A stretch of 54,910 nucleotides of DNA from Pseudomonadota bacterium (GTDB lineage: Bacteria > Pseudomonadota > Gammaproteobacteria > BMS3Bbin11): positions 1 to 54,910 of the forward strand of contig JAYEGM010000005.1 in the NCBI GenBank assembly GCA_034659075.1, in the 5' to 3' direction. This document shows, piece by piece, positions 1 through 10,807 of the stretch. Position 1 is the first letter of the stretch; every line of letters starts with the position of its first letter. Made by a program: the position numbers and the translations under genes. The notes below the pieces were generated by a model. It made no database searches. It was given only the letters and a program-made list of their open reading frames with translations, and was not told the origin of the DNA.

Positions 1-59
1 ATGCAATCGTTAAATTACCTTAACGACCAGGATAAAAGCATTATAATTCGGCCAGCTGC

Positions 60-1319
60 TCAGGCGCTGGCCTCTTTTTTGCCTGCAGTAACTGGCCAGA
101 AAGGCGCGACTACAGGGTTCAGCACGGCATGAGCGTCTCGTAATGCCTGTTCGACTTTGTCAGAATCTGGCGCTGAGGAAAAAATAAAGCCCAGATAACT
201 CGCCCCTTCCGGTAACGGTGTAACGTGGTACCCTTCGCGTAAGCTAATCTCAACACCATCAATGTATTTCACCTTTTCCGCCTTCATTACACCCTCAACC
301 CGACGCAGGATGCCTGCCTGTTTTGTCGGCAGCATAAGAACACCAGCGGCTCCTTCATTAAGCTCTATTGGTAAATCCAGACCGATAGCATTGGCAAGCA
401 CCAGTTGTTCAAGCGAATATCCGGTTCCAAAACTCAGCAAACGGCTACAAAGCCCGCCTATCGTTCTCGCGGCCAGTTCAATCAACCATGCACCCTGTGG
501 ATTAATACGGCATTCAGCATGGATTGGCCCGGTTATCAGGCCAAAGGCCTGACAGGCATCCTGTACCGTATCGACTAAAAGTCGTCTTTCGCAAATCGAA
601 ATTCTTGCCGGAGAAATGTAGTAGGTCTCTTCAAAATAGGGGCCTTCCATAGGATCAGGTTTATCAAAGATGGCCAGAATATTGAGCTGTCCATCAGACA
701 GCATACCCTCGATGGCAAATTCTCTGCCAGGAATATACTGCTCCAGGAGTAGGTGAGTTTTCTCATATAAATCAGTCTCTTCTGAAATGATCTTAAGACT
801 TCGCTGTAATCCATGATTAAGTTCCTCGTACGTATCAGCACGTATCACCCCCCTGCTTCCTGATAATGCCAGCGGCTTAATGACACAGGGAAAACCAAAT
901 TTCGGCTCACTAGTTAGTTGATGCTCGCTGACCTCCTGGATAGAAAAATCAGGCACCTGTATCCCCGCCTGCTGCAGGCAAAGCCGCGACAAATCTTTGC
1001 GTCTGGCTAGCCGTACAGCTGCAGGCAGGTTCTGCAACAGACCAGTTTTTTCAGCAAGCCTGGCGGCGAGTTCCAGTGTACTGTCATCGGTTCCAATAAC
1101 CGCATCGTACTGTCCATGTTCGAACAGCTCTAGCAGGATGGCGAGTGCAGACCTGTGGTCTTCAAGAGGAACACCGATACCCGCAGAATGCGGAGAAGAA
1201 ATTGCCCACTCGCCCTGGGAAGCAAGATTAATTTCCAGGTCAAGTGAAAGCGCAGCCCTGACATAAGGCTGAATACGATAACTTTCAGGAGGTGAAACGA
1301 GAAGTATGCGTCGCTTCAC
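60..1319 (-). CDS. ATP-grasp domain-containing ligase, substrate unknown
   Basis: 419 aa ORF with ATP-grasp motifs (FPCVIKP..SGSRGV, LLEQYIPGREFAIEG, GPIHAECR, LIELAAR). Confidence 0.8.
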   Translation of the reverse strand: MKRRILLVSPPESYRIQPYVRAALSLDLEINLASQGEWAISSPHSAGIGVPLEDHRSALAILLELFEHGQYDAVIGTDDSTLELAARLAEKTGLLQNLPAAVRLARRKDLSRLCLQQAGIQVPDFSIQEVSEHQLTSEPKFGFPCVIKPLALSGSRGVIRADTYEELNHGLQRSLKIISEETDLYEKTHLLLEQYIPGREFAIEGMLSDGQLNILAIFDKPDPMEGPYFEETYYISPARISICERRLLVDTVQDACQAFGLITGPIHAECRINPQGAWLIELAARTIGGLCSRLLSFGTGYSLEQLVLANAIGLDLPIELNEGAAGVLMLPTKQAGILRRVEGVMKAEKVKYIDGVEISLREGYHVTPLPEGASYLGFIFSSAPDSDKVEQALRDAHAVLNPVVAPFWPVTAGKKEASA

Positions 1320-1361
1320 CGCCTTTCAAAAAAGTATCCTGGGTTTATAGCGTGATCTGAA

Positions 1362-1757
1362 TTAGCCGCCACAACCGCCGGCACCACAACCACCACCGCC
1401 ACCACCACAGGCACCCGAGCCGCCCACAGACTTGAATACGTTGTTAAAAATAAAACTGGCGCCTGTAGGGCCTTCACGATAATCAATTTCACAGCCCTGT
1501 AGGTAACCCAGAGCTACCGGGTCAACTAATATAGAGCAATCATCGTTGCCAAGCTGGCTGTCGGTTTCAAGCTTTTCCTCGGCATAGGTCATGCCGTAGG
1601 AAAGACCACTGCAACCTCCTCCGTGGACGAATACACGAATGCCCGCAACATCTTCTTCCACTTGCTCAAGTAGTTCGCTCATTTTTTCAAGTGCAATGTC
1701 TGTGACTGACATCATTTCACTGCTAATTTCAGTCTGAAAAGCGGCTTCACCCATCAT
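1362..1757 (-). CDS. HesB/IscA-family (A-type) Fe-S cluster carrier protein, atypical C-terminus
   Basis: GIRVFVHGGGCSGLSYGM and ILVDPVALGYLQGCEIDY motifs; Gly/Cys-rich tail; AGGAG RBS upstream. Confidence 0.85.
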   Translation of the reverse strand: MMGEAAFQTEISSEMMSVTDIALEKMSELLEQVEEDVAGIRVFVHGGGCSGLSYGMTYAEEKLETDSQLGNDDCSILVDPVALGYLQGCEIDYREGPTGASFIFNNVFKSVGGSGACGGGGGGCGAGGCGG

Positions 1758-2052
1758 GATACTCCTGTGTAATATCGTTTAAATTATAATATTAACAGAC
1801 ATATGGAGCCGATGAATTAGAATTTCACCTTCAATATCTGCAAGGATTGATATATTTTTATTTTATTTCATAGACAACAGAGTGCTGACAAACACCTGAA
1901 CTCTGACAAATCGACGTGGTAGACCTTGCAAACACGGCCGCTATCAATAATAAACTACTGATTCATCTATAATCTCAAGCAGGTTTAGGGCAAAACTGCT
2001 TCATTTCCGGTACAATTCACAGATCAATCAACAGCATTACAGGTTAGACGAC

Positions 2053-2337
2053 ATGACTAGAATGGTTAACTGTCTGGTACTGAAGAAAGAAGCACCTGGA
2101 CTCGAGCAGGTTCCTCATCCGGGCGAGCTCGGCATCCGAATCTATGAAAATATTTCAGCCGAAGGCTGGCGTCAGTGGCTGGATCGCCTGACAATTATTA
2201 TGAATGAAATGCGTCTCAGTACAGCTGACCCTCAGACCTTTGAGGTTGTAGAACTGCATATGAAAGGCTTTCTGTTTGGTGAAGGCGAAGAGGGACAAAT
2301 GCCAGCTGGCTTTCAGCCTCCACCGGCAAAGAAATAA
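2053..2337 (+). CDS. yggX: Oxidative damage protection / Fe(II)-trafficking protein, YggX family
   Basis: MTRMVNC..LKKEAPGL...PGELG.RIYENIS.EGW.QW pattern; 94 aa. Confidence 0.85.
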   Translation: MTRMVNCLVLKKEAPGLEQVPHPGELGIRIYENISAEGWRQWLDRLTIIMNEMRLSTADPQTFEVVELHMKGFLFGEGEEGQMPAGFQPPPAKK

Positions 2338-2360
2338 AGCATTATACTTATTATAAGGCT

Positions 2361-3089
2361 CTACTTGGCTCTGTCCATCAGGGACCTCATCTCACGCACA
2401 GCCTCTGCCAGGCCAGCAAAAACTGAGCGGGCAATGATGGCATGGCCAATATTTAGATCTGATATCCCCTTGATTGCCGCTATCTGTTGCACATTATGAT
2501 AATGCAGGCCATGGCCTGCATTGACTTTAAGCCCCCTGCTTTTTCCGTAAGCGACGGCTTCCGCTATCAATTGGAATTCGCTGTTGGCCTCTTCACCCGT
2601 CCCGGCATCTGCAAAATGCCCGGTATGTAATTCCACCACCCTGACGCCGGCATTAATGGAGGCATCCAGCTGAGCTGGGTCAGGATCAATAAATAATGAA
2701 ACCAGGATACCAGCATTATGCAGGCGATCTACCCCTGAGCTTATTCTGGACAGATTGCCTGCCACATCCAGGCCACCTTCAGTCGTCAGCTCTTCACGCT
2801 TTTCCGGCACCAGACAAACCTCTTCCGGCTGCGTGCTGATAGCGATCTCAATCATCTCATCGGTCACGGCCATCTCCAGATTCATCCGCGTCTGGATGGT
2901 CTGTCGCATGAGTGCTACATCCCTGTCCTGAATATGCCTGCGATCTTCACGAAGATGCAAAGTAATGATATCCGCTCCCGCCTGCTCTGCAATAAAAGCC
3001 GCCTGTACAGGATCAGGGTAGATGGTTCCTCTAGCCTGGCGGATAGAGGCGACATGATCGATATTTACACCGAGTTTCAGGGAAGTCAT
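2361..3089 (-). CDS. pdxJ: Pyridoxine 5'-phosphate synthase
   Basis: [33 protein letters not shown] motifs; follows recO. Confidence 0.97.
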   Translation of the reverse strand: MTSLKLGVNIDHVASIRQARGTIYPDPVQAAFIAEQAGADIITLHLREDRRHIQDRDVALMRQTIQTRMNLEMAVTDEMIEIAISTQPEEVCLVPEKREELTTEGGLDVAGNLSRISSGVDRLHNAGILVSLFIDPDPAQLDASINAGVRVVELHTGHFADAGTGEEANSEFQLIAEAVAYGKSRGLKVNAGHGLHYHNVQQIAAIKGISDLNIGHAIIARSVFAGLAEAVREMRSLMDRAK

Positions 3090-3159
3090 AGGTTTTACGG
3101 TTTACGGTTTACGGTTTACGGTTTACGGTTTACGGTTTTAAACTTGAAACTTGAAACTT
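3090..3159. repeat. Heptamer array: AGGTTTT + (ACGGTTT)x6 + TAAACTT + (GAAACTT)x2
   Basis: Read directly; ten in-phase 7-mers fill the whole recO-pdxJ spacer. Confidence 0.95.
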
Positions 3160-3894
3160 TTAGCCTAAACCCGATAATACCTGATGAAATACCCGCCGGC
3201 TATGCAGCGGTTTACCCGACAGCTGCCTGTCCAGCAGATAGCGAGTTAGCTGGCGACACTCTTTCAAACTGTCTTTGTCATTAAAATCATTATGGTAAAA
3301 ATCCAGTAAACTTTTCCCCTTAATGAATATGCTCTGCACTTCAGGATGGTACTCCTGCACGCTTTGTGAGAGAGGGCGCGGCCCTTGCTCAGGAACATAC
3401 TGATACCGGGCTTCGGCGACAACCGGTCGGGATGATCCCGCTTCGTGGTGCAGAATCAATCCATAACCACTCTGGCTCAGTAATTCTTTTTCAAAACGTC
3501 TTAGCGCATGTTGTATCGGAACACCCTGGTAAATTTCATCAAGACTCTTGCTATAAAAATCGAACAGGTTTTCATGTGCATCATGCCGATGCAATAATTT
3601 CAGCAATAATTCATTCAGGTAAAAAGCCGCGTATCTTTGTTCAGATGTCAGCTCCCTGGCGCAACCTGAGGCTTCAATCCCGGTAAGCAGGGGCAATTCC
3701 CCTTTACCACTCCAGCCAAGTAGTAGCGACTGAAAAGGCATAACCAGGGCACGTTTACGGGACTTTGGGTTTCTAACGCCACGGGCAAGTAAACCTGCCC
3801 GGCCGTATTGCCGGGTAAAAACTTCAATAATCAGGCTGGTCTCACGAAAGGGTCGGGCATGCAACAGAAAAGCCGGCTGGGACTGTACCCTCAT
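3160..3894 (-). CDS. recO: DNA repair protein RecO
   Basis: AFLLHARPFRETSL, FYLNELL motifs; era-recO-pdxJ order. Confidence 0.95.
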   Translation of the reverse strand: MRVQSQPAFLLHARPFRETSLIIEVFTRQYGRAGLLARGVRNPKSRKRALVMPFQSLLLGWSGKGELPLLTGIEASGCARELTSEQRYAAFYLNELLLKLLHRHDAHENLFDFYSKSLDEIYQGVPIQHALRRFEKELLSQSGYGLILHHEAGSSRPVVAEARYQYVPEQGPRPLSQSVQEYHPEVQSIFIKGKSLLDFYHNDFNDKDSLKECRQLTRYLLDRQLSGKPLHSRRVFHQVLSGLG

Positions 3895-4790
3895 TCTTCC
3901 TCGATATATCCAATCGAGCGCAACATTACTGCATCATCAGACCAATTCTCTCTCACTTTCACCCAGAGCTGAAGAAAAACTTTTCGATTAAAATATGACT
4001 CCAGCTCCTCTCTGGCATGCGTACCGACGGTACGCAACTTCTCACCTTTCTTGCCAATGATTATGCCTTTCTGACTGTCTTTCTCTACCCAGATTATGGC
4101 ATCCGCCCGTATCAGTTCGTCTGCCATCTCCAATTGCTGGATTTCTACGGCTAGGGCATAAGGAATTTCATTGTGCAGCTGGCGAAAAAGTTTCTCTCTT
4201 ATCGTTTCTGAAATAATAAATCGGGCACCTTTATCTGTCGTCTGCCCTTCAGGAAACAACAGAGGGCTTTCTGGAAGATACTCAGGTAAAACATTCAATA
4301 ATGACTGAACATTGCTTCCATCGCTGGCCGAGAGGGGAACAATTGCCTTGAAATCATGCAGCTGTGAAGAAAATTCAATTAACGGCAGCAGCTGGTTCTT
4401 ATTTTTTAATTTATCAATTTTGTTAATCAACAAAATAAGGGTAGCATTTTCCTGCTGCGCAAGCTTCAAGGCATAGCGATCCTCTTCCTTCCAGCCTTCC
4501 GATGTAATCATCAGCAGCGTAACATCAACACCCATCAGGGCATTCGCAGCAGTCTTATTCATGATCTGGTTGATATAGCGTTTACTGCCAAGATGCACGC
4601 CTGGCGTATCAACAAAAATCATCTGGTATTCTTCTGTTGTACTGATACCCAGTAAACGGTGTCGGGTAGTCTGTGGCTTAGAAGATGTAATACTGATTTT
4701 CTTGCCTATGATGCGGTTCAATAACGTCGACTTGCCGACATTTGGCCGACCCAGTATGGCAATGAAACCTGCACGGAAACCTTTTGTCAT
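3891..4790 (-). CDS. era: GTPase Era
   Basis: GRPNVGKS, DTPG, NKID and C-terminal KH domain (IIIGKKG). Confidence 0.97.
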   Translation of the reverse strand: MTKGFRAGFIAILGRPNVGKSTLLNRIIGKKISITSSKPQTTRHRLLGISTTEEYQMIFVDTPGVHLGSKRYINQIMNKTAANALMGVDVTLLMITSEGWKEEDRYALKLAQQENATLILLINKIDKLKNKNQLLPLIEFSSQLHDFKAIVPLSASDGSNVQSLLNVLPEYLPESPLLFPEGQTTDKGARFIISETIREKLFRQLHNEIPYALAVEIQQLEMADELIRADAIIWVEKDSQKGIIIGKKGEKLRTVGTHAREELESYFNRKVFLQLWVKVRENWSDDAVMLRSIGYIEEE

Positions 4791-5494
4791 CGTCCTGAAT
4801 ATCCTGACATAGCCTGCAGAGCCTTTTCAGCAGAATCCTGTTCTGCCTTGCGACGGCTGGCGCCCTGCCCATGGAACACCCGCCTGCCCTCAGCTATCAG
4901 ACATTGCACTTTGAATGACTGCTTGTGTGGAGGACCACTTACATCAAGAACTGTATATTCCGGGAGTGCCTGTGATCTTTGCTGTAAATGTTCCTGCAAG
5001 CGGGTTTTCGGGTCTTTTAAGATATTATCGGGTTCACATAATGCAAGCCTGTCGGCAAACATTCTATTGATAAATAGCCGGCATGGCTGAATCCCTCCAT
5101 CATAGTAGATGGCACCGATAATCGCCTCTATGACGTCAGAAAGAATGGAGTCTCGTGCCTGGTCACCGCTTTTAAGTGCGCCGGGACCCAGAATAAGATA
5201 CCTGCCAAGATCTAATTCTCTGCCCAGTTCTGCCAGTGTTCCCTGCCTGACGAGGCTTGCACGCAGTCGGGTCAATTGTCCTTCATCTGCCGCTGGAAAC
5301 CTTTCGCAAATAATATCTGCAATGATAAACCCGAGCAGGCTGTCACCAAGGAATTCCAGTCTTTCATAGTTATCCGAGCCGTGACTTCTATGGGTTAATG
5401 CACGTATTAACAGTTCTGGCCTGGAATTAAAATCATAGCCCAGTGACTTCTGAAGTCTCTGTATATTTTCATCATTTAAGCGAGACTTCGACAC
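4787..5494 (-). CDS. rnc: Ribonuclease III
   Basis: NYERLEFLGDS signature and dsRBD (DPKTRLQE...AEQ); exact start uncertain. Confidence 0.96.
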   Translation of the reverse strand: MSKSRLNDENIQRLQKSLGYDFNSRPELLIRALTHRSHGSDNYERLEFLGDSLLGFIIADIICERFPAADEGQLTRLRASLVRQGTLAELGRELDLGRYLILGPGALKSGDQARDSILSDVIEAIIGAIYYDGGIQPCRLFINRMFADRLALCEPDNILKDPKTRLQEHLQQRSQALPEYTVLDVSGPPHKQSFKVQCLIAEGRRVFHGQGASRRKAEQDSAEKALQAMSGYSGR

Positions 5495-5861
5495 TATTCT
5501 CGAAATCCAGCAATGCGCTGATATTGTATGCCATGGGGATTACCCGCTCGTAATCGACACTTATCACCTTGATATTTTTTATTTTTGTAATTTGCAGTGC
5601 CTCATTCAGGTCAAGCAAATCTGCTGCCATATCGATATAAAGAGTGTCACTTATTTTTTGCAACATCTGACGACGGGTCCAGCTTCCAACACCCGGTTGT
5701 TCCGCAAGGGATTCAAGCGCATGTGCAACCTTGTTGTTATCGAGATATGCAGGGACCAGTTTCATTGTAACCAGAGCAAAAAGAACAAACAGAGCTGCCC
5801 CGCCGAGCAGGCCCCACATTGATGCCCCTTTCTGATTGCTGCTACGTTTAATATTTTCCAT
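5472..5861 (-). CDS. DUF4845-like membrane-anchored protein
   Basis: QKGASMWG pilin-like N-terminus with TM helix; usual position between lepB and rnc. Confidence 0.75.
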   Translation of the reverse strand: MENIKRSSNQKGASMWGLLGGAALFVLFALVTMKLVPAYLDNNKVAHALESLAEQPGVGSWTRRQMLQKISDTLYIDMAADLLDLNEALQITKIKNIKVISVDYERVIPMAYNISALLDFENSVEVSLK

Positions 5862-5891
5862 CTGCTTCTCCTTCAGGCAAAAGTTGATCAG

Positions 5892-6695
5892 TTATTTTTT
5901 ATTCGCGTTCAGCATAGTACCAATTCTGGACCAGTTAACGCCACCGCCATTAGACCAGTCCCATGAGAACCAGATGAAAAATGCCTTGCCGACCACATTT
6001 TTGTCCGGCACGAAGCCCCAGTAGCGACTGTCATTACTATAGTTCCGATTGTCGCCCATAACAAAATACTGACCTTGCGGGACATCAAACTTCATTATTT
6101 GAGAACTGCCTCGGCGGGGATCAATCAGTATATCATGCTTCACATTTACCAGATCCTCCTTTAACTTATTCAGCGATAGCTTTCGACTGACGCCATTCCT
6201 GAACTCGTAATTTCCATCTGCCTGTTGCGGCATCAGTTCACCATTGATATAAAGTTTTTCAGCCTTGTATTCAATTTTATCCCCGGGCAGCCCGATCACT
6301 CTTTTAACGAAATGCATTTTGGGATCATGAGGGAAACGAAACACCATAATATCCCCTCTATCGGGATCAGATACAGAGACAACTTTTTCGTTAAGTACCG
6401 GTAACCTGATGCCATAGCTGAACTTATTCACCAGAATAAAATCACCAACATTTAATGTAGGCAGCATTGAACCGGACGGAATTCTGAATGGCTCGGCTAT
6501 AAATGAACGCAAAACGAAAACGATCAGGATAACCGGAAAAAACGCCTTGGCGTATTCAACAAGTAAAGGATCTCTGGTGAGTTCTCCTGCCTGCTGGTTC
6601 CTGCCAGCTCTTTTGCCGGAAAAGAAGACTGCATCAAGTAACCAGATGGCACCTGTAGCCAATAGCGCGATTAAGAGTATTAATGAAAAATCCAT
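5892..6695 (-). CDS. lepB: Signal peptidase I
   Basis: EPFRIPSGSMLPTL, VKRVIGLPGD, MGDNR.YS.DSR motifs. Confidence 0.97.
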   Translation of the reverse strand: MDFSLILLIALLATGAIWLLDAVFFSGKRAGRNQQAGELTRDPLLVEYAKAFFPVILIVFVLRSFIAEPFRIPSGSMLPTLNVGDFILVNKFSYGIRLPVLNEKVVSVSDPDRGDIMVFRFPHDPKMHFVKRVIGLPGDKIEYKAEKLYINGELMPQQADGNYEFRNGVSRKLSLNKLKEDLVNVKHDILIDPRRGSSQIMKFDVPQGQYFVMGDNRNYSNDSRYWGFVPDKNVVGKAFFIWFSWDWSNGGGVNWSRIGTMLNANKK

Positions 6696-6698
6696 GTT

Positions 6699-6966
6699 TA
6701 GTGCTCCCTCAAGGAAGTATTGGTGGGTTCAGTTGGTTTGTCAGTGTTCAGGGCAAGACCCGCCTCGAAGCGAATGGCCATAGTCCTTTGCAAGAGGCAG
6801 AACGCAGCCATGAGGCTGACAAACCAACCCTTCGGGCGTTCCTGTGGTGTCCCGCAGCGGCGTTGCAGTACTTGACAAAGGACATTGCCATTGCCCGCAC
6901 ACTGCGTCTTGCTGCAAAACACCACAGGAACGCTGCACCCATCAATACTTCCTTGACGGAGCACTA
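6699..6966. mobile_element. 268-bp TA-flanked non-autonomous fold-back element (MITE/ERIC-like), copy A
   Basis: 34-bp terminal inverted repeats 6699-6732/6933-6966 (3 mismatches), TA at both ends, internal stems 6732-6744/6816-6828 and 6836-6850/6919-6933. Confidence 0.8.
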
Positions 6967-8772
6967 GTCCTCCGAGACCTTTAATACTGCAAGAAAGGCT
7001 TCCTGAGGGATTTCCACTGAGCCGATCTGTTTCATTCGTTTTTTACCTGCTTTCTGTTTTTCCAGTAACTTGCGTTTCCGGGTTATATCACCACCATAAC
7101 ATTTTGCCGTTACATTCTTCCTTAGGGCCTTGACAGTTTCTCTAGCGATAATCTTACCGCCAATTGCAGCCTGTATGGCGATGTCAAACATCTGCCTGGG
7201 AATAATCTCACGCATCGCTTTTATTAGTTCACGACCGCGATACGGAGCATTGCTTTTGTGTACGATGACAGAAAGCGGCCCTACCCTTTCTCCGTTGATT
7301 AAGACATCAACCCTGACGACATCGGCCGCTCTGAATTCCAGAAACTCATAATCCATCGAAGCATAACCGCGGCTAACTGACTTCAAACGGTCAAAGAAAT
7401 CCAGCACCACTTCACTCATGGGCAGTTCATAGGTCAACATAACCTGACGACCAAGATACTGCATATCCTTTTGCACACCACGTTTATCATTACAAAGTTT
7501 CATCACACTGCCAACATATTCCTGCGGCATCAATAAGTGAGCAACGATGACGGGCTCTCTGATTTCCTCAATCAACGAAATATCCGGTAAGCGTGCGGGA
7601 TTATCAACATGGACTATTTCCTGCTTTTTAGTCAGGACTTCGTAAATAACTGTCGGCGCAGTCGTAATGAGATCGAGATCATACTCTCTTTCCAGTCGCT
7701 CCTGAATAATTTCCATATGCAGCATGCCAAGAAAACCGCAGCGGAAACCATGTCCCAATGCATCAGAATTTTCCGGCTCGAAATAGAGTGAGGCATCATT
7801 CAGGCTAAGCTTCTCCAGCGCATCACGAAAGCCATGATAATCACCTGAACTTACTGGGTATAAACCTGAAAACACGCGAGGCTGAGATTCTTTGAAGCCA
7901 GCCAGTGCTTTATCAGTCGGGCGATCACGTAGCGTTACAGTGTCGCCGACCCGCGCACTGCGGATATCCTTGATGCCAGCAACCATGAAACCAACTTCAC
8001 CACAACGCAAGATGTCTGTCTCGGTGCGTTTTGGAGTAAAGACACCGACAGTATCGACAATGTATTCACTTCCGGTCGCCATCAGCCGAACCCGGTCTTT
8101 TTTCTTAAGTTCGCCATCAACAATTCGGATCAGAGAGACAGTGCCAAGGTAATTATCAAACCAGGAGTCGATTATCAGGGCTTTTAACGGTGCATCCGGG
8201 TTCCCTGTCGGGGATGGAAGATCGCGAACAATGGCTTCCAGCACTTCTTTTACACCTAAACCGCTCTTGGCACTGGTTTCGACTGCCGCCGAGGCATCGA
8301 TACCGATAACATCCTCAATTTCAGCTCGTACCCGGTCAGGCTCAGCAGCAGGCAAATCAATCTTATTCAGCACAGGTACCACTTCAAGACCGATATCGAC
8401 AGCTGTATAGCAGTTTGCAACAGTCTGGGCTTCCACACCCTGTGCTGCATCAACAATCAGCAGAGCCCCTTCACAGGCCGTCAGAGAACGTGACACTTCA
8501 TAAGAAAAGTCAACGTGACCGGGTGTATCAATAAGATTTAACTGGTATGTCTGACCATCATCAGCATGGTAATCGAGACGAACACTCTGTGCCTTGATGG
8601 TAATACCTCGCTCACGCTCGATATCCATCGAATCCAGCACCTGATCATTCATCTCACGTTCTGTTAAGCCACCGCATAGCTGAATGAATCGATCGGCCAG
8701 GGTAGATTTACCGTGATCGATATGAGCGATTATCGAGAAGTTTCTGATGTGGTCTGTCGCAGACTCATGCAC
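6964..8772 (-). CDS. lepA: Elongation factor 4 (LepA)
   Basis: [38 protein letters not shown]; start probably GTG 8772 or ATG 8787 rather than the track start at 8823. Confidence 0.96.
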   Translation of the reverse strand: MHESATDHIRNFSIIAHIDHGKSTLADRFIQLCGGLTEREMNDQVLDSMDIERERGITIKAQSVRLDYHADDGQTYQLNLIDTPGHVDFSYEVSRSLTACEGALLIVDAAQGVEAQTVANCYTAVDIGLEVVPVLNKIDLPAAEPDRVRAEIEDVIGIDASAAVETSAKSGLGVKEVLEAIVRDLPSPTGNPDAPLKALIIDSWFDNYLGTVSLIRIVDGELKKKDRVRLMATGSEYIVDTVGVFTPKRTETDILRCGEVGFMVAGIKDIRSARVGDTVTLRDRPTDKALAGFKESQPRVFSGLYPVSSGDYHGFRDALEKLSLNDASLYFEPENSDALGHGFRCGFLGMLHMEIIQERLEREYDLDLITTAPTVIYEVLTKKQEIVHVDNPARLPDISLIEEIREPVIVAHLLMPQEYVGSVMKLCNDKRGVQKDMQYLGRQVMLTYELPMSEVVLDFFDRLKSVSRGYASMDYEFLEFRAADVVRVDVLINGERVGPLSVIVHKSNAPYRGRELIKAMREIIPRQMFDIAIQAAIGGKIIARETVKALRKNVTAKCYGGDITRKRKLLEKQKAGKKRMKQIGSVEIPQEAFLAVLKVSED

Positions 8773-8820
8773 GCGGCAGGTCCCCATAAATAAAAAATGG
8801 AAATTATACGCTATTGAAGG

Positions 8821-8849
8821 CACCGAGAGGAAAGTGATTCCTCTCGGTG
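8821..8849. terminator. Stem-loop between degP and lepA (possible terminator or processing hairpin)
   Basis: Perfect 12-bp stem CACCGAGAGGAA/TTCCTCTCGGTG with 5-nt loop; U-tract on the coding strand is weak. Confidence 0.5.
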
Positions 8850-8857
8850 GAGTTTTA

Positions 8858-10282
8858 TTATGGCTTTAGCACAAGAAATTGAGACCCTTTGCCGCGCCTC
8901 ACCAGAACCGCTGCAGGCACCCCTTTCTCCAGTGATTCAGCAATAGACTTGTATGAACTGCCATTTATGACCTTTTTCTTGTTCAGTAGTAGCACTACAT
9001 CACCTTTTTTGATGCCGGCCTTTGCCGCTGCTGAGTTTGCTTTAAGTTGTATAACAAGCACACCATAACCCAGATCCAGCTGCTTCTTCTCCTCTTTGGA
9101 TAAATCCCGAACATTCATACCGAGCAAGCCTGATGTGTCGTTTTTCAAATCAGGGCTTTTCAATCCCAAAGCAGCTGTGTCTGAATCCGGCAGCTGACCA
9201 ATCGTTACTTTTACCTGCCGCGATTTTCCCCCACGCATAACTTTTATATCAGCAGTTGTCCCTACTTTTGTGCGTCCGACAAAAAATGGCAGGTCAGAAG
9301 AACGCCTGACGGGTTTACCATTATATTCAACGATTACATCCTGTACCTGCAGCTCTGATTTTGATGCCGGACTATCCGGCAGTATAGATGAAACCAGGGC
9401 ACCAAAGGGCTTGTCCATATCAAGTGCTTCAGCCAGTTCACGATTAACATCCTGAATGGTAACGCCAAGCCAGCCGCGTCTAACTTTCCCACCATTACGC
9501 AGCTGATCGGCAACCTGCATCACCAGATCGATAGGAACAGAAAATGCCAGCCCCATGTAACCACCTGAGCGGCTGTATATCTGGGCATTGATCCCAACAA
9601 CCTCACCATCCATGTTGAATAATGGGCCACCCGAGTTGCCCGGGTTTATGGCCACATCTGATTGAATAAAGGGGATATAATTTTCGTTTGGCAGGCTGCG
9701 GCCCTTGGCAGAGACAATTCCCGCTGTGGCGGTATTCTCAAAACCAAAGGGTGAACCGATTGCCAGCACCCATTCCCCAACTTTCAGTTCATCAGGCTTG
9801 CCTATCTTCAAGTACGGTAGATCTTTAGCGTCGACTTTTAATAAAGTAACGTCACTCCGTTTATCACTACCGATTACTTTTGCCAGCATTTCCCGCCTGT
9901 CTGTCATGCGGACAATAATTTCATCAGCATTCTCGACCACATGAGCGGAAGTCAGTACATAACCATCTGCAGAAATAATAAAACCTGATCCCAGAGACCT
10001 GACGTCGGGTTGCGGATCTGTGCCATGTGGAGATTGTGGTAGCTGACCAAAAAACTTTTCAAAAAAATCATGGAAAGGGCTATCTTCCGGGATCTCAGGC
10101 ATCTGCAACTCACCGTTGCCTAATATTGATGATTTCGCCTTTTGTTTAGTACTGATATTAACGACAGCCTTACCCTGCTCCTCGACCAGATCTACAAAAT
10201 CAGGTAAAGAATTTGCGTGAGCTATAACTGACATAGATGAAGTCATCAGCAATAGAAAGGGTAACATTAGTAATTTTTTCAT
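8858..10282 (-). CDS. degP: DegP/MucD-family periplasmic serine endoprotease with two PDZ domains
   Basis: [24 protein letters not shown]; signal peptide MKKLLML at 10282 with GAGG RBS; follows rseC. Confidence 0.9.
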   Translation of the reverse strand: MKKLLMLPFLLLMTSSMSVIAHANSLPDFVDLVEEQGKAVVNISTKQKAKSSILGNGELQMPEIPEDSPFHDFFEKFFGQLPQSPHGTDPQPDVRSLGSGFIISADGYVLTSAHVVENADEIIVRMTDRREMLAKVIGSDKRSDVTLLKVDAKDLPYLKIGKPDELKVGEWVLAIGSPFGFENTATAGIVSAKGRSLPNENYIPFIQSDVAINPGNSGGPLFNMDGEVVGINAQIYSRSGGYMGLAFSVPIDLVMQVADQLRNGGKVRRGWLGVTIQDVNRELAEALDMDKPFGALVSSILPDSPASKSELQVQDVIVEYNGKPVRRSSDLPFFVGRTKVGTTADIKVMRGGKSRQVKVTIGQLPDSDTAALGLKSPDLKNDTSGLLGMNVRDLSKEEKKQLDLGYGVLVIQLKANSAAAKAGIKKGDVVLLLNKKKVINGSSYKSIAESLEKGVPAAVLVRRGKGSQFLVLKP

Positions 10283-10350
10283 GTGTTGATCCTCGGAACT
10301 GCTAAAAAGTATAGATAAATGAAGCAAAATAAAAAACGGAAAGCTCAGGC

Positions 10351-10806
10351 TTAATTTCGATCAAGCAGCACCGGCTGGAACAATGTCGAAAAATAGCTGG
10401 ATCTTACAACTCGACTGGTGATTAAAAACGTCAGCAAAGCACTTCCCAATCCAGATAATATAGCGGCAAAGTCACCGTTTTCAATACCAGCACCGTGTGC
10501 AATTGCTTCGCCTGTAATTGCACCAAGAACCAGCATAAGCAAGGGAAACAGATAGATCATTAGCGAAGAAAATACCAAAGCCATTCTGTTCAGGCCGATA
10601 GTCACCTGATCTCCTGGCTTCGCATTGATAGAATTCTTTGCAATCAGCAGACGTGGCTTGTTGCCAAACAAGGGTTTCAACAATGCCGTACCGCACATGC
10701 CATTGGATGCACAGGACTGGCAGCCTGTTTGCAGCAGAGGGGTAATACTTGCATTATTATCCTGTAAAGAGACGACAAGGCCCTGTTCTTCAACCAGATC
10801 CATCAC
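10351..10806 (-). CDS. rseC: RseC/MucC family protein
   Basis: CQSC...CG motif plus two TM helices; position in rpoE operon. Confidence 0.88.
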   Translation of the reverse strand: MMDLVEEQGLVVSLQDNNASITPLLQTGCQSCASNGMCGTALLKPLFGNKPRLLIAKNSINAKPGDQVTIGLNRMALVFSSLMIYLFPLLMLVLGAITGEAIAHGAGIENGDFAAILSGLGSALLTFLITSRVVRSSYFSTLFQPVLLDRN

Positions 10807-10807
10807 T

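Noticed and set aside
1758-2052. AT-rich divergent promoter region with CTGACAAA twice; possible IscR, Fur or FNR site
   Set aside because: I found no convincing match to a known consensus by eye.
6683-6967. Several 65-94 aa ORFs on both strands between lepA and lepB
   Set aside because: They lie within the palindromic element A, two end symmetrically at its TA termini, and none has a recognisable protein motif.
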